From positions 92,018 to 156,017 of the forward strand of contig DATDVR010000006.1 of the NCBI GenBank assembly GCA_035289925.1: 64,000 bases of DNA. Reading direction: 5' to 3'. The DNA is from Candidatus Nanoarchaeia archaeon. Its GTDB lineage: Archaea > Nanobdellota > Nanobdellia > SCGC-AAA011-G17 > DATDVL01. Positions 9,074-17,153 of this stretch are shown piece after piece (within the stretch, counting starts at the first letter, position 1; every line of letters begins with the position of its first letter). A model generated the notes under the pieces. That model did not search any database. It saw only the letters and a list, made by a program, of their open reading frames with translations, and was not told the origin of the DNA. The position numbers and the translations under genes are program-made.

Positions 9074-10072
9074 CTATAGAAAAACATCCCAATAGATCTC
9101 AGTAAATTCCAAGGCACTAAACCGAACAAGGCCGGCATAATCTCTAATCTCTTTGCCATTAGGTTTGGATTTATCTGCTGTTCCTAATGCTTCAAGATAT
9201 TCGGCCCTGTATTTTTTGCGTATTATCATTGGCGGGTATCCTTTCTTCAGAAGTATATAATTGAGGAGCATTCTTCCTGTTCTTCCGTTTCCGTCTGCGA
9301 ATGGATGAATCTTTTCAAATTTATGATGAAAAATTGTAGCTAAGACTAGGGGGTGCAAGGTTTCTGCATTTTTTTGGTACCATCTTATCAGCAGATCCAT
9401 ATCAGTTTTTACAAAAGGTGCAGGAGTTGCATCAAAATTGCTTCTTAAAACCCTCACATCAACATTCCTGTAGCCCTTCCTAGGGTCAATATTCTCCATC
9501 AGTTTAGAATGTACATCTATGATAAGCTCATGAGTTAATTCTTTTTTCGAGTCATGCAGACTAAAGAAGACTTTCTCTGTATTTTGAAGATCATATATTT
9601 CTCTTAAGGTTCTGCCTTTTGGGGTTATTCCTTCATGCAAAAGATTTCTAGTCTCTTGAAGAGTTATAGTATTTCCTTCAATAGAGGTTGTATTGAAGGA
9701 AAACTCCACTACAAAATTCTTTAAAGTCTCTTCTTTAGTCAATTTATCTTGCTTTTTAAACTGTTCATTATAATGTATTCTGCAAGCCTCCACTTCTTCA
9801 GTTTTATCAAGCAAGTAAGAATCTTTCTTTAATCTCAATGTCTTTGCCTTTTCCAAATAATGGTTTGACTCTAGGAATGAATGTATCTTTTTGTAAGCCT
9901 TTCTTATCTTACTTTTATATCTGGGCAAGTGTTCTAGTTTCTTTTTAACCCCTTCAATTGAATCCCCCAAGTATGCAATGTCCTTAACCAGGATTCTCTT
10001 CCCCTTTCTCTCAGAAGCCCTTAGGTAATAATAGTTCTTTCCCCCCATAGACTTCTTGTATATGTAAACCAT
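9074..10072 (-). CDS. Fic family protein (canonical AMPylase motif)
   Basis: HPFADGNGRTGR; NTTSIEGNTIT. Confidence 0.9.
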   Translation of the reverse strand: MVYIYKKSMGGKNYYYLRASERKGKRILVKDIAYLGDSIEGVKKKLEHLPRYKSKIRKAYKKIHSFLESNHYLEKAKTLRLKKDSYLLDKTEEVEACRIHYNEQFKKQDKLTKEETLKNFVVEFSFNTTSIEGNTITLQETRNLLHEGITPKGRTLREIYDLQNTEKVFFSLHDSKKELTHELIIDVHSKLMENIDPRKGYRNVDVRVLRSNFDATPAPFVKTDMDLLIRWYQKNAETLHPLVLATIFHHKFEKIHPFADGNGRTGRMLLNYILLKKGYPPMIIRKKYRAEYLEALGTADKSKPNGKEIRDYAGLVRFSALEFTEIYWDVFL

Positions 10073-10223
10073 ACATTCTACTAAGAATCCCGAGTTTATA
10101 AATCTTACCCTCTACATGGCAAATTTTTGATTGTAAGGGGTAAAACCCAGAAATTAAACAGTATTCTATATTTTTTAAGCATAAATAGAAACCTTTATAT
10201 ATAGATACGTATTATTACGTAAT

Positions 10224-11018
10224 ATGGAACTAATATCAAAAGTAAGTAAAGGAAGTAAAATGGATCAAATTTACATACCTAAAAAAAGAGCTGGTTTGCC
10301 TATCGGAGATTATGTTTTAATAACCCCTGTAAAAAAAGCAGGTGAAATAAACCTTTTTTATCATAACGTTAAAACTTTAGAAAGTATAAAGATTATGCTA
10401 ATAAAAGAAATATTCAATGCTATAAATGAAAAAATTGAATGTAGCAACATTATCCTTACTGGTTCTTTTTTAGAAAATGGATTTAAGTTTAACGACATAG
10501 ATTTATTGATAATTAATAATGAGAAAATATCTGGGAAAAAACTAAAAAGTTTGTCAAAAGAGCTTTCAGAGAAATTTAATATAAAATTCCAGGCGCTTAG
10601 TTTAGACTTAAAAACCTTAAGAGAGGGGCTTTCAACAGACCCACTATATGAAGCTATGCTAAGCAGATATGTTTCAAAGGAAAGGCTTATTTTAAATGCT
10701 AAAAGAAGAATAAACCCAAAAATATTAGATTTGCATTTAATTGAAAGTGAGACTTTAATCCATAATTTTGACTATGCTGATGGAATAGAAAAGTATTCGC
10801 TAATAAGGAACCTTATAGCCATCAGCCTGTTTTTAGACAATAAAAAAGTGACTGGAGGGAGCATAGATGTCCTTATAAAAAAGATATTTGATATATCTTC
10901 TACTGCCCTAATAAAGAACAACATGCTTAACAAACAAGAATTTCTTAAGAGATACAAGGATTTTTATAAAAAAACATTTGACAAGCTAATGGGGAAGTTA
11001 AATGACACAAAATCGTAA
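10224..11018 (+). CDS. AbrB-like DNA-binding domain fused to a minimal nucleotidyltransferase
   Basis: N-terminal QIYIPKK...GDYV; LTGSFL...NDIDLLI (GS..DxD). Confidence 0.7.
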   Translation: MELISKVSKGSKMDQIYIPKKRAGLPIGDYVLITPVKKAGEINLFYHNVKTLESIKIMLIKEIFNAINEKIECSNIILTGSFLENGFKFNDIDLLIINNEKISGKKLKSLSKELSEKFNIKFQALSLDLKTLREGLSTDPLYEAMLSRYVSKERLILNAKRRINPKILDLHLIESETLIHNFDYADGIEKYSLIRNLIAISLFLDNKKVTGGSIDVLIKKIFDISSTALIKNNMLNKQEFLKRYKDFYKKTFDKLMGKLNDTKS

Positions 11019-11343
11019 TACTTTGATTAAATTAATGATTGGAAATCTTTCAAATGCCGTTATCCATAATATACTAGAAAAAGCTATTGAAAAACATGAA
11101 TTAATAGACAAGTATAGAAAAGAAATGCAAGTTAGCATGAATGTTGCCATGAAATATCGCTCAAAAATCACCCCTTTAAATGCCTACTTGCAAACCAAAG
11201 ATATTAATTTTATTAGAGATAAAATAACCAACAAAGTTAACAATGAATTAAAGAAAAGAATAGCCAAGGGATATAGTGGAATTGATTTAGGACTAGTTTC
11301 AGAAATTGTCGAGGAATTTCTTGTAAAAGTTAAGGTAAAGTAA
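11002..11343 (+). CDS. Hypothetical helical protein, putative MNT partner
   Basis: Overlaps the MNT gene; 113 aa. Confidence 0.55.
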   Translation: MTQNRNTLIKLMIGNLSNAVIHNILEKAIEKHELIDKYRKEMQVSMNVAMKYRSKITPLNAYLQTKDINFIRDKITNKVNNELKKRIAKGYSGIDLGLVSEIVEEFLVKVKVK

Positions 11344-11382
11344 ATTCATAATCTTTATAAAGCATATTCTTGAGTATATAAG

Positions 11383-11664
11383 TTGATTAAAATGGAAACA
11401 TACGCTTATATTGTTGAAGATAGAAAAGGGAAGTACCAACTTAGAGAAAGGGAAGGAAATGATGCATACCAAGAAGATGTAAGTTTGGGAAACCAATGGG
11501 GATTTAAGGTTGTTAAGTGTTTTGTACTGCCTGAAGAGAGATCTAAAGAACTTGCAGAGATTCTTTTATCTTTGAGTCGTTTCGTAGAGGAAGGGCAAAA
11601 AGATTTAAGTGGACTAGAAACAAGAGTAAAAACTATAGCTAATGATGTAACAGTTCTAGTTTAA
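11383..11664 (+). CDS. Hypothetical protein
   Basis: 93-aa ORF; stop 11 nt before S9. Confidence 0.6.
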   Translation: MIKMETYAYIVEDRKGKYQLREREGNDAYQEDVSLGNQWGFKVVKCFVLPEERSKELAEILLSLSRFVEEGQKDLSGLETRVKTIANDVTVLV

Positions 11665-11675
11665 AAAAAGTTTAA

Positions 11676-11703
11676 GGTTCGCATAATATATCTTATACGA
11701 ACC
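11676..11703. other. Near-perfect dif site S9
   Basis: GGTTCGCATAA-TATATC-TTATACGAACC; arms extend to 13 bp (11674-11705); left arm 10/11 to E. coli dif XerC arm. Confidence 0.88.
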
Positions 11704-11776
11704 TTTTACTCGTAATTTACAGTTAACAACTATATTAATTAAAGTTACTGTTTTTGCTTAAAAGTTTTAGACTGAT

Positions 11777-12127
11777 TTAATGAGATACTTCTTTTTCCAT
11801 CTGTTGCCTGTAATATTCTTCTTGTTCTCTAAATATACTTTCGTATTGGTCCTGTAATGCGTTTTCCATCAAATATTTCTTTGACTCTTCCATCAATTGT
11901 TCTCTGTAATCTTCTTCCTGTAATTCTTTTTCCATCTCTTCCATCTGTTGTTCTCTTAAATCTTCATATTGGTCTTGTAATTCTTGTTGTTGTTCTCTTA
12001 ACATATCTTCATACTGGTCATTATATGTGGTTTGTCTATAGTAAGAAGATCTTATAGCACTTGTCATTATACTTAGAAACAGAATTATCCAAAACCAAGT
12101 CATCAAACTTCCTTTCTTATTTTTCAT
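11777..12127 (-). CDS. Membrane-anchored E/Q-rich protein with class III (pilin-like) signal peptide
   Basis: MKNKKG|SLMTWFWIIL; repeated DQYExxxREQ motif. Confidence 0.6.
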   Translation of the reverse strand: MKNKKGSLMTWFWIILFLSIMTSAIRSSYYRQTTYNDQYEDMLREQQQELQDQYEDLREQQMEEMEKELQEEDYREQLMEESKKYLMENALQDQYESIFREQEEYYRQQMEKEVSH

Positions 12128-12288
12128 AAAAATGGCAATATCCCCTTCCTTTTATTATTTTCTATTTTCTATCAACTACCAACCGTTAACTTTACAATGT
12201 ACTTTACTACTATTATGATTAATCTTTCAATCAACGCTTAAAAGTTTTAGATGACAAAGTATTTAAGATTACAAGCCATAATCAAGGC

Positions 12289-12879
12289 ATGCATATAACA
12301 AAAGAAGAGAGGCACAAGATTACAATCTTGTATATTGCTGCTATAGCTTATTTCTTGCTGTCTGCTTTCTTCTATCTAAACAAAGGAAACCAAGAGTTTT
12401 TGTACTACATTGGGCTGATGGTTATTTTAATTTCTTATTTTTACTTCAAGCATGAAGAGTTTAAATTCACTTTTGAGATCTATTTGGGACTGTTTATAAT
12501 AGGGTTTTTGCACGCTTTAGGGGGGGTTTTATACATAAATGGGGTAAAGCTCTACAACATTTACTTTTGGATATTAAAATACGACAATTTCGTGCATTTT
12601 GTTGCTTCACTGATAATAACCTTGATTGCATTCAACCTGCTAAAGCCTAATTTGGAGCAGGATTTTCTGAAAAAGCCGTGGAAACTTGGGTTCTTGATAG
12701 TGACTATAGCCATGGGTTTGGGCGCTTTTATAGAGATTGGGGAGCTGATAGCAGTTATATTTTTCCATGCTGAGCAGGCTGTCGGCACTTATTTGAACAA
12801 TGTATTGGACTTGGTTTTCAACCTTTTAGGAAGCTTGGCCGGGGCAATCTACTTGTTTTTATGGCACAAAACTCATTAA
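12289..12879 (+). CDS. DUF2238-like integral membrane protein
   Basis: Multiple TM helices; YDNFVHF and EIGE motifs. Confidence 0.6.
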   Translation: MHITKEERHKITILYIAAIAYFLLSAFFYLNKGNQEFLYYIGLMVILISYFYFKHEEFKFTFEIYLGLFIIGFLHALGGVLYINGVKLYNIYFWILKYDNFVHFVASLIITLIAFNLLKPNLEQDFLKKPWKLGFLIVTIAMGLGAFIEIGELIAVIFFHAEQAVGTYLNNVLDLVFNLLGSLAGAIYLFLWHKTH

Positions 12880-12906
12880 AAAACCTTTAATCTTTGCTTA
12901 AAAGTT

Positions 12907-13437
12907 TTAGCTCTTTCTAAAACAGAAGTATGAGATTGCTATTGCTAACACAGATCCTAAAAAGAAGAAACCGTTCCTAAAACCAGAATCTTGAATTTCA
13001 AACACTGATGAACCTGTAATAGAACTAGGCAAGTATAAGGAAGCCGTGACTAAAAGAAACAAGATGGCTGCTGCCAATGAATCTTCCAAATTATGCTGCA
13101 TTTTTTCTATTCTGCCGCCTCTCTTTTTTTCCTGTTGAACAATTCCCTTGAAGATTATTCCTTTTTTTGTGTACTTCTCAACTATCGCTTCAAATCCTTT
13201 ATATGGTAATTTTCCTTCTTCAAATGATTTATATGCATTACTTAAACCTTTACCAAGAATATAATAAGTTTCCCTATTAATTTTCTTAGCCTTAAGACTT
13301 TGCTTTAATTCTGTTAAAACACCGTAATAAAGATGATGTGCTGCTGTTTCTTCTCTTATTTCTTTATCTCTTTCTGAAATTTTGCCGTATCTTTTTCCTT
13401 TACCAGATAGAGCATGAATATACCTCATTATTCCCAT
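12907..13437 (-). CDS. Hypothetical protein with C-terminal SITG TM hairpin
   Basis: C-terminus similar to 19191..19676. Confidence 0.6.
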   Translation of the reverse strand: MGIMRYIHALSGKGKRYGKISERDKEIREETAAHHLYYGVLTELKQSLKAKKINRETYYILGKGLSNAYKSFEEGKLPYKGFEAIVEKYTKKGIIFKGIVQQEKKRGGRIEKMQHNLEDSLAAAILFLLVTASLYLPSSITGSSVFEIQDSGFRNGFFFLGSVLAIAISYFCFRKS

Positions 13438-13557
13438 ATAGATTAATAAAAAATTAAAGTATATAAGACTTTTTATTGAAAAATGGTTGGAATTTTGCTG
13501 TTCAAATTTTGAACAGTTGGGGAAAAGTATATAAAATAGGGGTTATATAAGAATAGT

Positions 13558-14199
13558 ATGCTTTCATGGTTCTTCAAAAAAGGGGATAATTCTAAACAAT
13601 TGGATACAAAATTCAAGCTTTTAGATGAAAATATAAGGGGTTCTTTTACGCATATCAAGGAAGACATGAAGAAAATAGGCGATTGGATTGATTTCTTTAA
13701 TAGCAAGGAAAAGGACCAAAAAGAGAAGTTTCAAAGGCTTGAATGGAAGATTGAGGCTCTTGAGGACCAACTTTCAAAGAAAAAAGAGTACCATATTGTT
13801 GAAAAAGTAGTTGAAAGTGAGGTCAACCGTTCAAACAGCCGTTCAAATTTTGAACATGTTCAACCGTTCAACCGTTCAGTTCAACCGTTCATGAACGTTC
13901 AACCAGGTGTTCAACCGGAATATTTCCTGAAAAAAAATCAAGAAATTGATATTTTAACACCAGCGCAAAAGAGAGTTTTAGGTTTACTTTTGTATTCTGG
14001 TGGGCCAATGGACTACCAAGAAATTGCTAGAAGATTAGAAATTAATGAGATAACTGCAAGGAGACATATGAATGATCTAAGAAGAGCAGGAATAGAGGTA
14101 AAAAGGAAACTGAGTGATAACGGGAGAAAGAACCTATTCTTCATAGATAAAAACCTAAAAGAGCAGATAGTAAAAGGCAAGTCTAAAGGTGAAAAGTGA
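13558..14199 (+). CDS. Coiled-coil plus C-terminal HTH protein with internal GTTCA repeats
   Basis: LTPAQKRVLGLL...YQEIARRLEINEITARRHMNDLRRAG. Confidence 0.75.
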   Translation: MLSWFFKKGDNSKQLDTKFKLLDENIRGSFTHIKEDMKKIGDWIDFFNSKEKDQKEKFQRLEWKIEALEDQLSKKKEYHIVEKVVESEVNRSNSRSNFEHVQPFNRSVQPFMNVQPGVQPEYFLKKNQEIDILTPAQKRVLGLLLYSGGPMDYQEIARRLEINEITARRHMNDLRRAGIEVKRKLSDNGRKNLFFIDKNLKEQIVKGKSKGEK

Positions 14200-14405
14200 T
14201 GATAGGGTAAAAGGGGGTTAAATTGGCCTTTTTTTAGTCGAAGTGAGAGTTCTAATAGATAGAGAAAAGCAGTATTGAAAGATAAAAAAGGACTAAAGTG
14301 AGAGGTAATCCGTAAGATTTTCCGGAAATCTTCCTGTTCAAATGCTGTTTGAATGGTTGAACGGCTAAAAAGGTCAAATTGGGCTTAGAATTGGCAAAGT
14401 GAGGG

Positions 14406-15062
14406 TTAGTTAAGGGTAGTTTGGGTAGGATCGCGCTTATAGTAATAGTAAGAAATGAGCTTTTCTTTCAAGTTCAAGCCCAAAAATGAGGGATCAAGGG
14501 TTAAAACAACGGTATTGTCCTTCATTTTTTTCTTGATTATAGGCACTCCTTTTTGTATAGAAGTTGAGATATAGCTGCGGACAGCACTAGATGAAATATT
14601 GAGTTTTTGTCCAATTTCCTTGTAAGTGAGAGATCCCTGCTCCTCAACAAGTTGATAAATTAATAAAAAAGTGTTGAATTCTTTTTTAGTCAAGTTTTCA
14701 AAGATTTTTGAAATATCTATATTAAGTTTTTTAAGCTCTTCAAAAGGATTATTTTGCTTGATTTTATCTTTTTGCCGGAAATCTTCCTGTTCAAATTTAT
14801 CATAAGTATGCTTCTGTGTTTGATTGTTTGATTGTTTGATTGTTTGATTGTTTGATTCCATAGGAAATAGGGGGGTGTTTAAGGCTAAATTAGCCTCTGT
14901 TTCCTTTTTAGACGCTTCTGATCTCAATGTAGAAAGTTCATTCCTTAAGGATTCTAGAAGAGCTTTATTTTGACTTAATTCGGCTTCTAAACGCAAAATA
15001 TCATCTTTAACTTTAGAAAAAGCTTGTTTGATACTATCTCTAAACTGATCATCAGCCCCCAT
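14406..15062 (-). CDS. Coiled-coil plus C-terminal HTH protein with internal 8-bp tandem repeat
   Basis: LTKKEFNTFLLI...TYKEIGQKLNISSSAVRSYIS. Confidence 0.75.
   Translation of the reverse strand: MGADDQFRDSIKQAFSKVKDDILRLEAELSQNKALLESLRNELSTLRSEASKKETEANLALNTPLFPMESNNQTIKQSNNQTQKHTYDKFEQEDFRQKDKIKQNNPFEELKKLNIDISKIFENLTKKEFNTFLLIYQLVEEQGSLTYKEIGQKLNISSSAVRSYISTSIQKGVPIIKKKMKDNTVVLTLDPSFLGLNLKEKLISYYYYKRDPTQTTLN
14819..14857 (+). repeat. (TTTGATTG) x ~5 tandem repeat inside CDS
   Basis: Four full units plus 7 nt, read directly. Confidence 0.9.
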
Positions 15063-15140
15063 TTAGCTAGTAGAAGCGTGCTTCCTTAAATAGTTTGCGC
15101 GTTTGATTCTGTGCTTGATTGTTTGATTTTTTTATTAAAA

Positions 15141-15464
15141 CTAAGAAAGGCGCTTGAATGCGGCAAAAGCAGAGTCTGATAATTGCCATCTTCTTCTTAT
15201 GAGAAGCTCTTTTCCCTTGCTTGATTTTGAGATTTCTTTGACTAGGCTTGCTTCTTTTAACTCGAGAAGAAGACGTTTGGTAAACTCTTCGTCCCTTAAA
15301 ATCTCCCTTGCAACCTCAACTGTAAAGAGAGACTTGGGATTGACTTCATAGAGGTAAGATAGAATATTTTCCTTGATTTTATCTGCTTTTTGCTTAGAAA
15401 TTACTGACATAAAATAAGATAGAAAAAGGTTATATTTAAACTTTATTAGTTGTTCGGTATACAA
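15141..15464 (-). CDS. Winged-helix hypothetical protein
   Basis: LFTVEVAREILRDEEFTKRLLLELK...RRRWQLS; real start may be the internal MSVISKQK. Confidence 0.6.
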   Translation of the reverse strand: MYTEQLIKFKYNLFLSYFMSVISKQKADKIKENILSYLYEVNPKSLFTVEVAREILRDEEFTKRLLLELKEASLVKEISKSSKGKELLIRRRWQLSDSAFAAFKRLS

Positions 15465-15466
15465 AA

Positions 15467-15898
15467 TTAACCAATATAGTTCTTAGGACTTGCGTTCGAA
15501 TTTATCCTTATTGGCAATGGAACTGGCTGGGGCAACCCTATTTCTTGGGATAAAGCCAAGGCCTTAATATTGCACTTTGTTAGGACTGTAGTCAAGACCT
15601 GTGTTGCAATCTTTTCATCGCCAAGCTTCTTGCTTTTCTTCCATGAAGCCAATAATTCGTTTATCTTCTTAGAATCTGCCATGTAAATCAAATGCCCTTT
15701 TAAGTCAATATTTCCGACTTTAGGCTCGTAAACAACAGAATATGTAAAGTCAAACTTTATGGCCTTATTCTCTGTTTTGACCATTAACTGCTCTTCTTCT
15801 ATTGTGTCTATTGCCAGGTTGTTTTTAATCTCAACCTTTCCTTTTAGCAAGGACTTTCTCTCAATGTTTATCTTATCAAAGTTAAAAGCTATAATCAT
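15467..15898 (-). CDS. Conserved hypothetical protein
   Basis: 143-aa ORF with its own TATA promoter. Confidence 0.65.
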   Translation of the reverse strand: MIIAFNFDKINIERKSLLKGKVEIKNNLAIDTIEEEQLMVKTENKAIKFDFTYSVVYEPKVGNIDLKGHLIYMADSKKINELLASWKKSKKLGDEKIATQVLTTVLTKCNIKALALSQEIGLPQPVPLPIRINSNASPKNYIG

Positions 15899-16010
15899 TC
15901 ATCTCACCGAAAACAACTGTATAAAAGTAGTTTATAAAGGTTTTGGGTTAGGCTTTAGCAACTGCAGTATAAAACCATACAAAAAAAGAGGGATAACAAC
16001 TATAAAAAGT

Positions 16011-17153
16011 TTACTTTATCTTTTTCAAAATATGTCTTTTTCCACGCCAATCTAAAGCATGCAAAAGAACTTCCCTTATTGTTGAAACTGGAATAACTTT
16101 GATTTTAGCTTTCAATTTTGGGGTAACTAAAACATCTTGCGCATTGGCTTTTGGGATTATAACTTCTTTTAATCCTGCTTGAATTGCTGCTTCTATTTTT
16201 TGTGTTACACCACCAATAGCTAAAACTTCTCCTCTAACTGACAAAGAGCCAGTCATGGCTACAGATTGCTTTACAGGAACTTTAGTCAAAGCTGAAATAA
16301 TTGCAGTTGCTACGGCTATTGAAGCAGAATCTCCTTCTACACCTGACGAAGCAGTCTGCAAAAACTGTACAAAGATATCATATTTTTCTTTTATGTCTTC
16401 GCCAAAATACTTCAAGATAATTGCTGAAACATTTTTTACAGCTTCTTTTGCTATTTCTCCTAATTTCCCTGTTGCAACGAACTCTGTCTTTTTGCCTCCA
16501 ATAGTTACTGCAGATTCTATTGGCAAGACAACGCCTGAATAAGAACCTTCAGATCCCATAACAGCAAGACCATTAACTCTACCAACAGAAGTTCCTGTTA
16601 TCCTGATAATGTCATATTCTTTCTTGTTTTCAATGTACTTGTCTACAATTTGTTGTTCTAAAGTTCTTGACAATCTCTTTGCCCCATAAATGTGCTTTTT
16701 TTCTACAAACTTTGATTTTTCTTCTAAAGCTAAATCGCCAGCTGCTCTTACTAAACCGCCCAGTTCTCTTAGTTTTAATGTTAATTTGCCTGCTCTTCCA
16801 GTTCTTCTTCTAGCTTCGTCAATGATTACATTTACTGCTTCTCTTGTGAAATGTGGAATTTTTTTATCTTTTTCAACTTCCTGAGCGACAAAAATTGCTA
16901 TTTTATCACGATTAGAAACATTGTCATCCATTGTTAGATTCATGTTGACTTCGTAACCATAACCTCTGATTCTAGATCTCAAAGCAGGGTGCATTTTCTT
17001 CATAGTTTCTAAAGTTCCTGCTGCAACCAAAATAAAATCGCAATTGTGAGTAATAATCCCATTAGCCAAGTAGGTTCCATTTAAAGTAGAAATATTATAA
17101 ACATAACCGTCATAATCTATTCTTCTAATATTCTTTATTTTACTTATTTTCAT
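16011..17153 (-). CDS. lon: LonB part 3: IntC of intein 2 (37 aa) plus C-extein with protease domain
   Basis: MKISK...NGIITHN|CDFILVAAG; catalytic GDSAS Ser and GGVTQK Lys; ATG at 17153. Confidence 0.9.
   Translation of the reverse strand: MKISKIKNIRRIDYDGYVYNISTLNGTYLANGIITHNCDFILVAAGTLETMKKMHPALRSRIRGYGYEVNMNLTMDDNVSNRDKIAIFVAQEVEKDKKIPHFTREAVNVIIDEARRRTGRAGKLTLKLRELGGLVRAAGDLALEEKSKFVEKKHIYGAKRLSRTLEQQIVDKYIENKKEYDIIRITGTSVGRVNGLAVMGSEGSYSGVVLPIESAVTIGGKKTEFVATGKLGEIAKEAVKNVSAIILKYFGEDIKEKYDIFVQFLQTASSGVEGDSASIAVATAIISALTKVPVKQSVAMTGSLSVRGEVLAIGGVTQKIEAAIQAGLKEVIIPKANAQDVLVTPKLKAKIKVIPVSTIREVLLHALDWRGKRHILKKIK

Larger units (their letters stand above)
11756..12910 (+). repeat. Three copies of 15-bp GCTTAAAAGTTTTAG
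   Basis: Exact copies at 11756-11770, 12236-12250, 12896-12910. Confidence 0.85.

Noticed and set aside
12519-12526. G run in the DUF2238-like gene as a phase-variation tract
   Set aside because: Short, in frame, encodes Gly-Gly in a TM segment.
11756-12910. Repeats as a CRISPR array
   Set aside because: Repeats are only 15 bp with 465-645 bp gene-containing gaps; no cas operon.
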